Assembly (NCBI GenBank): GCA_016839585.1
Contig: JAEOTZ010000088.1
Coordinates: forward strand, 1-50,928
Length of the DNA: 50,928 nucleotides
Reading direction: 5' to 3'
Origin: Promethearchaeota archaeon
Lineage (GTDB): Archaea > Asgardarchaeota > Lokiarchaeia > Sigyniarchaeales > SOKP01
Below, in pieces: positions 1 to 9,106 of the stretch. Both the position numbers and the translations under genes were made by a program. Numbering within the stretch: position 1 is the first letter of the stretch; each line of letters begins with the position of its first letter. The notes beneath the pieces were generated by a model, which saw only the letters and a list, made by a program, of their open reading frames with translations, was not told where the DNA came from and did no database searches.

Positions 1-1124
1 AATAGTTTTATAATAGGAGAAAGGGGTATAAATGCAATTCCAAGGGATACAGGAATAACGACGAATGGATGAATGAGGTACATATTGAATGAGCTATCAG
101 CTAAATTCTGTAGTATTTTTCCTTGTTTGTTGAATTTTGCGTAAAAAATCTTAATTAACACAAAAATCATTCCCATACAAGCGATATTATCTACCAGTGC
201 AAATATAAGAGCATTCAAATGGAGTCCTCCCATAAAAACACTAAAATCTGAATCAACTCCTACAAAAACAAAGAAATACGTAAAAAATAACATAACCACA
301 GCAAATATTGTAATTGCCCAGACTTTGACATGATGTCTAGTCATCTTTTCGAACCAACCATATCGATAAGCGATGATACCAACGCTAAACATCATAAAAT
401 ACTGAATAATATAAGCAAATGGTAATCCTAGCGGAACTTCGGTTAAGGGAAAGGGTATGCGAACTAAAAAAGCAAAATATCCTAAGACAATTGCTAAAAG
501 GAGTAATTCGAAGTATTTTGGGATAGGCAATTCCTTTGGGATGCTTTGCTGTATCGAGTCAATTTTTGTTATCTGACGCCAAATTGTATAAATAGCAGTA
601 AAAATTAATAGAACAACGAGAAACCACGTAATAGTAAATTCTGTTAGAAATTCTACGAAATTTTCTAGGGATTGAAAATTGCTTAAATAATACTCTATAA
701 AGGATCCTTGCATTCTTGGGTTAGTACTCCATGGTTGAATTCCTCCCACGCCTAGGAGATAAAAAATAATAGGATTAATTAGCATAATATATAAAAGGAC
801 AGGAATGCCGAGACGGATTAATCGTTCTTTCCAGAACGCCGAGACTCCCTTTCGATCATAACTCCTAGGAGTAAAATAACTACCCATCAAAAAAAATAAT
901 CCTAAGAGGGAGGCTTGAAAAATACCTGCAAATCCGGCTGTCATATAAAAGAATATATCGGTGCCAATATCAACCGGATTAGACTCATTGCCCTCGGTTA
1001 TATAATACCACCATCCTTCCCCTCCATAGGTGACCCTAACATGTGTGAAAATCACGAGAATAGCAAATAAGATCTTTATATTATCTAGGAATAGGAGCCG
1101 TGGTTTCTTAGATTCTGTGTTCAT
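1..1124 (-). CDS. Acyltransferase-3 family (OpgC-like) membrane acyltransferase, 3' end runs off the window
   Basis: Absent from the ORF track. Manual translation from ATG at 1124 gives MNTESKKPRLLFLDNIKILFAILVIFTH... and later GSYFTPRSYDRKG...WKERLIRLGIP, the typical Acyl_transf_3 motifs. Many hydrophobic segments. Confidence 0.85.
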   Translation of the reverse strand, partial: MNTESKKPRLLFLDNIKILFAILVIFTHVRVTYGGEGWWYYITEGNESNPVDIGTDIFFYMTAGFAGIFQASLLGLFFLMGSYFTPRSYDRKGVSAFWKERLIRLGIPVLLYIMLINPIIFYLLGVGGIQPWSTNPRMQGSFIEYYLSNFQSLENFVEFLTEFTITWFLVVLLIFTAIYTIWRQITKIDSIQQSIPKELPIPKYFELLLLAIVLGYFAFLVRIPFPLTEVPLGLPFAYIIQYFMMFSVGIIAYRYGWFEKMTRHHVKVWAITIFAVVMLFFTYFFVFVGVDSDFSVFMGGLHLNALIFALVDNIACMGMIFVLIKIFYAKFNKQGKILQNLADSSFNMYLIHPFVVIPVSLGIAFIPLSPIIKL

Positions 1125-1287
1125 GAGAATAATTCTATTTATTCATTTTATTTCTTTATCTAAAATATATGTGATCATTCTTTTAGATTTAAATCTCTTA
1201 GCTTTTTAGGGTGACAAATAAGTCCACTAAAAATCGAGATAATATATTTAAATGAGAAAATCCCAATCTTTTTACTTTCTTTTCGTC

Positions 1288-1360
1288 TTTTCAAAGGAAT
1301 TTTCATTGAAATCAGACTCTGAATTTACCTTTCCAATCCAATTTCACAGAAAATTGGGAC
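1288..1360. repeat. Intergenic multi-palindrome repeat, copy 1
   Basis: TTTTCAAAGGAATTTTCATTGAAATCAGACTCTGAATTTACC...AAATTGGGAC; 67/73 identical to 2275-2347. Confidence 0.9.
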
Positions 1361-1506
1361 AAAATTTAAAAAGGCTCGGACCTTGTGTCTCTTAAAACGG
1401 GGGAAAATACAAATGAGCAAAAAATCTTTTCAACAGATAGTAACTTCTAAAAGATTATTTTTCGTAGGATTTCATAAAAAGAGTTCACTAAACTCATTTA
1501 TCAAGC

Positions 1507-2139
1507 TTACAATGGTTTTCTTAACATACACCAAAGAGGTACATCAGTTTCAGGGATTATTGCATGCTCAATTATTTCAAATCCATATCTCTGGTAAAAT
1601 GACAAATTTTTTTCATTATTAGTTTCTAAATAAATTGGTAACCCTTCACTATCAATTTTTTTAAGCATAGCCCCCATTAGTAGCCCTCCATATCCTTTTC
1701 TTTGTTCTTCTGGTTTAACAGCAATGTTTTGAAGATACCAATGTTCAAAGGGTACAAGTTCTTTATGTTTAATTTCCTCATATTTAAATATAGTCATACT
1801 TCTTTTCATTGCTTTTATTTTTAAACCTACTTTACGCATTGCATAAAAACCACCATGTCTCATCATTGCCCAAGTAGATGGATAAATCTTATTGGGGGGT
1901 AGCCATATTATAATTCCTTCTAAATTACTAGATGTGGCATAAGTTACTCCATTTCTTACTCCATACTCATAAAGCATTTTAAATCCATATTGTAGTTTTT
2001 CCTCTCTTTCTTTCTCATCAGGATATACAAATATCGGGAAAGGATCATCTTGAAAAGCACTACCTGCTACTTGAATTGCCTTTTCAACATAGTCTGGTGT
2101 TAATTTAAAAAAATTGTTTAAATCATTATTCATATTCAT
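1507..2139 (-). CDS. GNAT family N-acetyltransferase
   Basis: HWYLQNIAVKPEEQRKGYG acetyl-CoA motif A; YLETNNEKNLSFYQRYGF motif B. Confidence 0.9.
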   Translation of the reverse strand: MNMNNDLNNFFKLTPDYVEKAIQVAGSAFQDDPFPIFVYPDEKEREEKLQYGFKMLYEYGVRNGVTYATSSNLEGIIIWLPPNKIYPSTWAMMRHGGFYAMRKVGLKIKAMKRSMTIFKYEEIKHKELVPFEHWYLQNIAVKPEEQRKGYGGLLMGAMLKKIDSEGLPIYLETNNEKNLSFYQRYGFEIIEHAIIPETDVPLWCMLRKPL

Positions 2140-2274
2140 ATTAGAATTATAATTAAATTCTATTATAATAAATTTGTAGACCAGTATTTATAAAGATCCT
2201 CTAATTTGGTATTGCACTCATTATAGAAAGGCATTATAATAATTCTTATTGGAATGAGTTGTCAAATCTTAACA

Positions 2275-2347
2275 TTTTCAAGGAAATTTTCATTGAAATC
2301 AGACTCTGAATTTACCATTCCATTCCAATTTCAAAGGAAATTGGGAC
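2275..2347. repeat. Intergenic multi-palindrome repeat, copy 2
   Basis: TTTTCAAGGAAATTTTCATTGAAATCAGACTCTGAATTTACCATTCCATTCCAATTTCAAAGGAAATTGGGAC. Confidence 0.9.
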
Positions 2348-2440
2348 ATTAAAAAATACTATGAATCTAAATCTGTTAAAAAAGCCGACTCTTAAATAGC
2401 ATGTCATCTCACACAAAACTACTTTTGTGTTTTAAATAGA

Positions 2441-2481
2441 TTTAAATATAAAATTGATCATAATGATCATAATGATCATAA
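2441..2481 (+). promoter_or_regulatory. TATA box followed by 3x TGATCATAA tandem operator-like repeats upstream of the RHH gene
   Basis: TTTAAATA at 2441-2448. TGATCATAA at 2455, 2464 and 2473, each containing the palindrome TGATCA. Confidence 0.6.
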
Positions 2482-2505
2482 TTAAATCAATATTGGGTGT
2501 TTAAA

Positions 2506-2880
2506 ATGAAGGATGAGAAAAAAGAAAAATTTATTAAAGTCATGGTAACCGAAAATCTATACAAAAAAATAGATAGATATTCACACTTACAATTACAAAC
2601 TAAATCTGAATTTATTAGATCTGCAGTAAGGAAAAGGATTACTGAAATAAATAAATCGATTTATCCTAACAAAACGGATCCACCATTTAAAAAGGATCGT
2701 GTTAATAGACGCGATGTCTTAAAAGAACTGAAAGCCTCGCAATCCGCTCATGAGAAAGGAGAATTTCTAAAGAAACCAAATGAGGAAGAACTGAAAGAAC
2801 GAGAAAAACTGCTTAAAGAACGGAAGAGGGAATTAGAAAAAGAATCAAATAAGATAGAAAAGGCATTAACGAAGCAATAA
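2506..2880 (+). CDS. Ribbon-helix-helix (CopG/ParG-like) DNA-binding protein with charged coiled-coil tail
   Basis: FIKVMVTENLYKKIDRY...TKSEFIRSAVRKRI fits the RHH pattern. ATG at 2506 is preferred over GTG at 2497. Confidence 0.75.
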   Translation: MKDEKKEKFIKVMVTENLYKKIDRYSHLQLQTKSEFIRSAVRKRITEINKSIYPNKTDPPFKKDRVNRRDVLKELKASQSAHEKGEFLKKPNEEELKEREKLLKERKRELEKESNKIEKALTKQ

Positions 2881-3013
2881 CAAGTTATCTTTATCAGATA
2901 TTTATATCGAACCTTGAGCTCCTCGTTCGAGTGTCCCACAAATGCGCTGTTGAGAAAACTAAATTCCGAATAATTCACTAAATCCAGTCTACATCTTTCT
3001 TTTCGATTTCGTT

Positions 3014-3064
3014 TTTTCAATGGAATTTTCATTGAAATCAGACTCTGAATTTACCATTCCATTC
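3014..3064. repeat. Intergenic multi-palindrome repeat, copy 3 (lacks the third hairpin)
   Basis: TTTTCAATGGAATTTTCATTGAAATCAGACTCTGAATTTACCATTCCATTC. Confidence 0.9.
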
Positions 3065-3198
3065 TTATTTCTTATTTCATTCTAAAATCTTATAAATGGA
3101 TAATATTCCAAAAATCTGATATATATTAATTTGAGCATTCCTTTACAACTTTAAAAAGATTATTTATTTACTTACTTATTAAATAAGATGAATAGACT

Positions 3199-4707
3199 GT
3201 GGAAAAAACCGAAATAATAAATACTAAATATGGAAAAATTCAAGGATATATAGAAAAGGGAATAAAAATCTTTAAAGGGATTCCCTATGCCGCTCCTCCG
3301 ATAAATGATTTACGATTCATGCCTCCAAAAGCACCAGATGCTTGGAGTGATATATTAATCGCAACTGAGTTTGGACCTAATGTTCCTCAACCAGAAAACA
3401 ATGCTTCGTTTTTATTTGGCCCACCTCGAGAAGAGAATGAAGTTAATTGTTTAACGCTTAATATTTGGACCCCTGGAGCAGATAAAGAACGACGACCTGT
3501 CATGTTTTGGATCCATGGGGGAAATTTTAGGTATGGAAGCTCAGCACAGGTCACTTATAATGGTTTACCTCTAGCTAAACGAGGTAATGTGGTACTTGTT
3601 ACAATTAATTACCGTTTAGGACCATTAGGGTATTTATATATTCCCGGTAAAACTGCAAACGTAGGGATGCTTGATCAGGTTGCTGCTCTAAAGTGGGTTC
3701 ATGATAATATTGAAGCATTTGGAGGAGATCCTAATAATGTCACTATTTTTGGTGAATCTGCCGGAGCTGCTTCTGTTATTACGTTACTTGCCATGCCTGC
3801 CGCAAAAAGTCTATTTCATCGGGCAATAGCTCAAAGTACTCCTTTCTATTATGACTCATATCAAGAAGCTGGCTCAAAAAAGTTTATATCAAAATTGCGT
3901 GTTGATCCTGGGGATATTGAGTCTTTAAAAAAAATAGATATCAAAAAAATTAATAGAATACATTATAAAATGGCTTTAGAAGGTTATGCAACTCAGGAAA
4001 CGACGCCTTTTACTCCGGTTGTTGACGGAAAAATACTCCCAGAAGATCCACTTAAAGTACTAAACAATGGCTATGCGGGGGACATACCATTACTTATTGG
4101 AACAAATCGTGATGAAATAAAGTTTTATCATGCATTATTACCAAATCTTCCCGAATTAGATTCTGAACAACTGTTTAATCGCACAAATCGAGTAATTAAA
4201 AATCTAGGCCACAATGAAGATAAAGCTAAGAGATTAATAGAAAATTATAAAGAAGCGAGAGAAGGAAAGCTTTCAACAGATCCTCAAGAAATTTTAGATG
4301 CCATTCTTACTGATGTGGTCTTTCGTATTATCACAATTAGAATAGCTGAAGCACAAGGAAAGCACCAATCTAATACTTATGCTTATATGTTTACTTGGCC
4401 TTCACCTATGATGGCTGGTAAATTAGGAGTACCTCATGCAGTCGAGGTAGCATTCGTTTTTGGCACGCTTTATATCCCTGGTACAGAAAAATATTGCGGT
4501 AAAGGTAAAGATGCTGAAATTCTCAGTGAAAAAGTAATGGATTCATGGATCGCATTTGCTCGTACAGGAAACCCTAACAATGATAATGTTCCAGAGTGGC
4601 CTTCTTATGATGTCGGTAAAAGAGCAACCATGTTATTCGGTAAAGAAACCAAGGTAGTTAATGCCCCCTTCGATAAAGAACGGGCAGCTTGGGATGATAT
4701 CATTTAG
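3199..4707 (+). CDS. Carboxylesterase type B (para-nitrobenzyl esterase-like)
   Basis: FKGIPYAAPP, CLTLNIW, WIHGG oxyanion hole, GESAG nucleophile, PHAVE catalytic His. Confidence 0.95.
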   Translation: MEKTEIINTKYGKIQGYIEKGIKIFKGIPYAAPPINDLRFMPPKAPDAWSDILIATEFGPNVPQPENNASFLFGPPREENEVNCLTLNIWTPGADKERRPVMFWIHGGNFRYGSSAQVTYNGLPLAKRGNVVLVTINYRLGPLGYLYIPGKTANVGMLDQVAALKWVHDNIEAFGGDPNNVTIFGESAGAASVITLLAMPAAKSLFHRAIAQSTPFYYDSYQEAGSKKFISKLRVDPGDIESLKKIDIKKINRIHYKMALEGYATQETTPFTPVVDGKILPEDPLKVLNNGYAGDIPLLIGTNRDEIKFYHALLPNLPELDSEQLFNRTNRVIKNLGHNEDKAKRLIENYKEAREGKLSTDPQEILDAILTDVVFRIITIRIAEAQGKHQSNTYAYMFTWPSPMMAGKLGVPHAVEVAFVFGTLYIPGTEKYCGKGKDAEILSEKVMDSWIAFARTGNPNNDNVPEWPSYDVGKRATMLFGKETKVVNAPFDKERAAWDDII

Positions 4708-4787
4708 TTTAAAATAATTCTGGCAAATCTGATTTAAAAGATATTAATTATTATAAATAAAATTTTTAAAAAATAAGGAAAAAAAAA

Positions 4788-5669
4788 TCAGAATTCATAG
4801 CCGCACTTTTTACAAACGTGCTTCTTCGCGTACATGGGTATGTGGCCAACGTAACTTAATACTTTGGATTTATCTTCTACAGTTTTAATATTCGAGCCAA
4901 CAGCTCCGCACATCGGGCACGTTATACGTTCTTCGGAGGCAAATCCCCCTGCGCCAATTTCTGGAGGCTTTAGTTCATCTAATTCTGTTTCAACTTCACT
5001 GAGTCGTGAAGTTTGCGCTTCTATTAATTTTTCTTTTTCACCCACAGACTCATTGAGTTCTTGTAATTTAGTATCTTTCTGTAAAAGCAAATTATTCGCT
5101 TCAGTTAAATCGGAGTTTAATTTGGTATTTTTTTCTTTTAATTCTTGGTTTTCAGAGGTTAACCGACTAAGTTCTTCTTCATTAGCCGATACCTTACTAG
5201 TAGCTTCATTTAATTGATTTTCTAAATTTGATATTTTTTCTTTTGTCGCCTCTAGAACCGAGCTGATACTTGTAATCTTTTCTTCGGAAGATGAGGATAT
5301 TTCTGATAATTCTGCTTCCCTTTCTTTTAAGAAACTTTCAAGTTTATCTTTTTCAGTATTATTATCTGCTAATTCTTTTTTTGCAGCTTCTAGTTCTGAA
5401 CTTAAATTGTTAATTGTATTTTCTCCCTCTCTTAAACTTGTAATTGCTTGTTCAAGATTATTTTTAGTTTCTTCAAGAGAAGCTTTTGTTTGTTCTAATT
5501 CAGCAGTAGTGGAACTCAATGCATCTCTAGTTGTATTTAATTCAGTTTTTGTTTCAGTCAATTGTTTTTCTAAATCATTTACTTTAGCCCTTAAGTCTAA
5601 TAAAAATCTCCCCTCAACTTTTTGACCTTTATCGGGATGTTCTTCTGCTCTAGCCCAATCGATTGACAT
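4788..5669 (-). CDS. Long coiled-coil protein with C-terminal C4 zinc ribbon
   Basis: About 200 aa of heptad pattern, then CPMCG...CKKCGYEF. Start is ATG at 5669 or GTG at 5675. Confidence 0.8.
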   Translation of the reverse strand: MSIDWARAEEHPDKGQKVEGRFLLDLRAKVNDLEKQLTETKTELNTTRDALSSTTAELEQTKASLEETKNNLEQAITSLREGENTINNLSSELEAAKKELADNNTEKDKLESFLKEREAELSEISSSSEEKITSISSVLEATKEKISNLENQLNEATSKVSANEEELSRLTSENQELKEKNTKLNSDLTEANNLLLQKDTKLQELNESVGEKEKLIEAQTSRLSEVETELDELKPPEIGAGGFASEERITCPMCGAVGSNIKTVEDKSKVLSYVGHIPMYAKKHVCKKCGYEF

Positions 5670-5801
5670 ATACACTCACTATTCTTTAATTTTTTAATTT
5701 TTTTTAATGTTTAATGTTTTTATTAATATATAAATTATAGTGTATTAAGTTTTTAACTATTTTTTACTTTGAGATTTTGAAAACCATTATAGTTTTGACC
5801 A

Positions 5802-5818
5802 ACTAATGTAACATTAGT
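5802..5818. promoter_or_regulatory. Perfect palindrome in a divergent promoter region (operator candidate)
   Basis: ACTAATGT-A-ACATTAGT. Confidence 0.4.
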
Positions 5819-5846
5819 AAATTATTACCAAAATGTGAAATGTAAA

Positions 5847-6716
5847 ATGGAGAACCAAAATGACCCACCTTCAGAAGTTGACGTTATATCAACATCTGGA
5901 GTATTTAAAACCCCATTTACATTAATAATTTTACTACAGCTGTTTATTGGAGGTTTGGTAATAGTGGGTACAAATCTCCTATGGAATCATTCTTATTTTA
6001 CGCTCACGGGTCATTATTATTTCTCTTTTGAACCTATTGATGATTGGGTAAGATGGATTTTATTACCACCGAGTATTTATGGAAATATCTTTTTATTTTG
6101 GATCTCGATAGTGTTATCATCAGCATTAATATATAAAATTTTAAATAAAATCTATCCACCACGAGAAGGTGTTTTTAAAAGAGGAAGTAAGGAGTGGAAA
6201 TATACGCATCGAAGGTTTTGGACTGCTTTTTTTCCTATTTGGCTCACACGAGCTCTACCCTTACCTTGGATGGATATTGCTACCTATAGATTTTTTGGAG
6301 TTCATATTGGTAAGAATGTTGTAGCTTATGAGGGGTATATTGATCCTGAACTTGTAGATATTGGTAATTTTACTATGACTTCATTAAATATTTGCATTTT
6401 TTCACATTTAATTTACCAAGATAAAATAATAATTAAAAGAGTAAAGATTGGAAATGCTTGTGTGGTAGGTCCTCATACAGTTATAAGTCCCGGCACAGTT
6501 ATGCAAGATGGAGCTATCCTTGGAGTTAATAGTTATACAAATATAGGACAGGAGTTAAAAGGAGATTTAATCCATGTTGGGACTCCAGTAAGTATGACTT
6601 TACCAATTCAATCCCTTGAAGAATCTCAGGAAAAGGCTAAAAAAATTAGAGAGGAAATGAGTGATAATCAACATGAGGGAAAAATAGAGAGTAAAAATGG
6701 AGGTAAGCGAGAATAG
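5847..6716 (+). CDS. Membrane-anchored left-handed beta-helix (hexapeptide) acyltransferase-like protein
   Basis: Two TM segments, PPREGVF, YRFFGVHIGKNV, VKIGNACVVGPHTVISPGTVM hexapeptide repeats. ATG at 5847, alternative GTG at 5835. Confidence 0.8.
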   Translation: MENQNDPPSEVDVISTSGVFKTPFTLIILLQLFIGGLVIVGTNLLWNHSYFTLTGHYYFSFEPIDDWVRWILLPPSIYGNIFLFWISIVLSSALIYKILNKIYPPREGVFKRGSKEWKYTHRRFWTAFFPIWLTRALPLPWMDIATYRFFGVHIGKNVVAYEGYIDPELVDIGNFTMTSLNICIFSHLIYQDKIIIKRVKIGNACVVGPHTVISPGTVMQDGAILGVNSYTNIGQELKGDLIHVGTPVSMTLPIQSLEESQEKAKKIREEMSDNQHEGKIESKNGGKRE

Positions 6717-7454
6717 ATGTTCCAACCAGCAAGTTTAAAAGGTGATTCACCAACTCCTATCGATGAAAGAATTCGTAGAAAATATCTTATTCTTTATTTG
6801 GTAATTATTATTCTAAGTTTTATTCCTTGTTCATTATTTGAGTATTTTTATATCATATCTTTATGGAAAGAACAATTTTACATAATTTTTTTTTTGTTAT
6901 TGCCTTTTAATATATTCTTTTTAATTTATATCCTCCAATTAAGTGCGATTTTATTTTCATCTTTATTTTTAACATTAATTAAGATTATCTACTCTCCAAA
7001 AGAGGGTATTTTTAGACGCACCATTGAAGATAAGGATTATCTTTACTGGAATTTAAGAAATATCGTGAAAAAATGGCCGTTGTTTATTATAGCTTCAAAT
7101 CCTTTTCCTTGGCTAAAAAATCGTTTTACATTGAGGTTTTTTGGAGTGAAAATTGGAAAAAAATGCATATGCGATAATGCCTGGATTTCTTCGGAATTTG
7201 TAACAATTGGTAAAAATGTTATAATTGGTATGAATTCAACAATCATTACTTTCGGGATTGAAAAAGATAATTTTATTCTTAAAAGAATTATAATTGAAGA
7301 TGATGCACTAATAGGAGCTAAATGTGTGTTATTACCTGGCACATTAATTAAAAGGAATACTAAATTATCAGCACATTCCTATACAAATTATGATGATGTT
7401 TTAGAAGAAAATTTAATTTATGCTGGTCATCCTGCAAAATTATTGGAGAAATAA
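6717..7454 (+). CDS. Membrane-anchored hexapeptide-repeat acyltransferase-like protein (paralogue of the upstream gene)
   Basis: TM segments, PKEGIF, LRFFGVKIGKKC, IGAKCVLLPGT, YAGHPAK. ATG abuts the upstream TAG. Confidence 0.8.
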   Translation: MFQPASLKGDSPTPIDERIRRKYLILYLVIIILSFIPCSLFEYFYIISLWKEQFYIIFFLLLPFNIFFLIYILQLSAILFSSLFLTLIKIIYSPKEGIFRRTIEDKDYLYWNLRNIVKKWPLFIIASNPFPWLKNRFTLRFFGVKIGKKCICDNAWISSEFVTIGKNVIIGMNSTIITFGIEKDNFILKRIIIEDDALIGAKCVLLPGTLIKRNTKLSAHSYTNYDDVLEENLIYAGHPAKLLEK

Positions 7455-7484
7455 ATAATTATAATAACTGAAAAGAGTTTAAAG

Positions 7485-9056
7485 ATGGGAACCTCAGAAA
7501 AAGTTAGTAAAAAGAAAAGATTGGTAATTGTTTCAGATACTCATATTACTCGTTGGGAAGGAGCATTTAACCTTCATGCGTATAATGTAGGAATTGAGAA
7601 GATTAATAACATAAAAGATGTATCTCTTTTCCTTCATTTAGGTGATATAACTCATACGGGAACATTATTAGAGTATGAATACGCTATGGAACAATTCAAG
7701 AAGTTTAAACCTATTTCAAAAGCCCCACTTATGTTTCTTATTGGTAACCACGATAGTCTTAACGTTGGATATTTATTATTCGAAGAAATGATTGGCAGGA
7801 GACATTATGAGTATGAAGATGATGGATTATATGTGATTGGGGTTGATAGCACGAAACCAGATTTACCAGGTGGTATTATCCATCATAATATAAGAGAAGC
7901 TGTTAGAAAAAGACTAGAAGAACCAGAAAGGGAAGATAAATTTAAAGTAGTATGTTTTCATCACCAACTCATTCCGATACCCAATACAGGAAAAGAGCGA
8001 TCAGCTATAGATGATTCAGGAGATATGCTTAAAATGTTAATCGATGCTAAAGCAGATTTAGTGTTAAATGGGCATAGACATATTTCAAATTTATATGCTG
8101 TTTCTAGTAGTGATAAAGACCTGTATATATTTAATGCAGGAACTTTTAGTTGTAATAAAACAAGATATAGAGAACTTTTTACCTATAGTATTATAGATAT
8201 CTTAGGAAATAAAATAAATTTCAAAATTTTACCTATATTAGATTCAAATTTTAAGAAAGAGATACACAGAGAAGTTAATTATTATCTCCCTTTAGAAATT
8301 GAAAAGGATCAAAAACCATTATGCAAATTTATACAATTTTCAAATTCTTTAATTTCTGCAGACTCAGAAGACAAATTCACTAATTTAGATAAGACAATAG
8401 ATAAGATAAACAAAATAAAATATATAGATTTAGTTGTACATACAGGAAATTTATCAAAAAATAGTTATAAAGAAGAATTTATTATTGCTAAAGAAAAACT
8501 AAATAAATTGATACATCCTCTTTTAGTGGTACCTGGTTTCACTGATTCAAAACCTCCCGCATGGGATTATTGGATGAATTATATCGGTTCATTGGATCCT
8601 TTATATGAAAATGATAAAATTTATTTTCAGGGAATTAATTCTACTACTCCGGATTCTAATGAAGGATTTATAGGTCGAAAAAGGCTAAATAGATTCATAG
8701 ATAAAGTATTAAAACTAAGCCATCAAAAAATATTTGGGGTGTGTTGTTTTCATAGTTTAATTCCTACACCGCTTTCAGTATGGAGAACAGAGTTAATTGA
8801 TTCTGGAGATGTTCTCTCTCAATTCGCTCGTACACAAGTAGATATTGTATTAAATAATACGCCAAGTATATCTTTTAATGCAAAGATTGAGAATACAATA
8901 TTTTCGAATGGAGGAAATCTTGAAGTGGAACGTTTCGATAATTCTTTTGTTGAAATTGATATATACAAAAAAGGATTTGTTGTTTTAAAAGAGCATAATT
9001 TAAAAACTGGTGAAGTTAAAGTAATTGGTAACTATTATATTACGATTTTGATTTAA
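7485..9056 (+). CDS. Tandem-domain calcineurin-like metallophosphoesterase (Icc/CpdA-like); second domain degenerate
   Basis: N-domain has DTH, GDIT, GNHD, HH and GHRH. The C-domain equivalents are SNS, GNLS, GFTD, FHS and NNTP. Confidence 0.85.
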   Translation: MGTSEKVSKKKRLVIVSDTHITRWEGAFNLHAYNVGIEKINNIKDVSLFLHLGDITHTGTLLEYEYAMEQFKKFKPISKAPLMFLIGNHDSLNVGYLLFEEMIGRRHYEYEDDGLYVIGVDSTKPDLPGGIIHHNIREAVRKRLEEPEREDKFKVVCFHHQLIPIPNTGKERSAIDDSGDMLKMLIDAKADLVLNGHRHISNLYAVSSSDKDLYIFNAGTFSCNKTRYRELFTYSIIDILGNKINFKILPILDSNFKKEIHREVNYYLPLEIEKDQKPLCKFIQFSNSLISADSEDKFTNLDKTIDKINKIKYIDLVVHTGNLSKNSYKEEFIIAKEKLNKLIHPLLVVPGFTDSKPPAWDYWMNYIGSLDPLYENDKIYFQGINSTTPDSNEGFIGRKRLNRFIDKVLKLSHQKIFGVCCFHSLIPTPLSVWRTELIDSGDVLSQFARTQVDIVLNNTPSISFNAKIENTIFSNGGNLEVERFDNSFVEIDIYKKGFVVLKEHNLKTGEVKVIGNYYITILI

Positions 9057-9106
9057 TCTAAAAAAAATTTAATCTTTAATATTATATCTTCAATTTTAAT
9101 AGAGAC

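Noticed and set aside
1383-1622. 79-aa ORF and other short opposite-strand or overlapping ORFs (e.g. 2748-3032, 4864-5217, 7043-7342, 14699-16744 set, 30614-31348, 31506-33790 set, 38904-39701, 48469-48789)
   Set aside because: They are shadow frames of well-supported genes and have no motifs.
2700-2780. WH2-like motif (RRDVLKELK...LKKP) in the RHH protein tail
   Set aside because: The spacing between the helix and LKK is longer than typical, and the region is low-complexity and Lys-rich.
1288-3064. CRISPR array (the repeat contains ATTGAAA, like archaeal CRISPR repeat ends)
   Set aside because: Copies are 740-990 bp apart, the sequence after ATTGAAA is identical rather than a unique spacer, and no cas genes are present.
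1288-3064. Canonical integron attC sites
   Set aside because: No RYYYAAC...GTTRRRY ends, the enclosed genes are in opposite orientations, and there is no IntI in the window.
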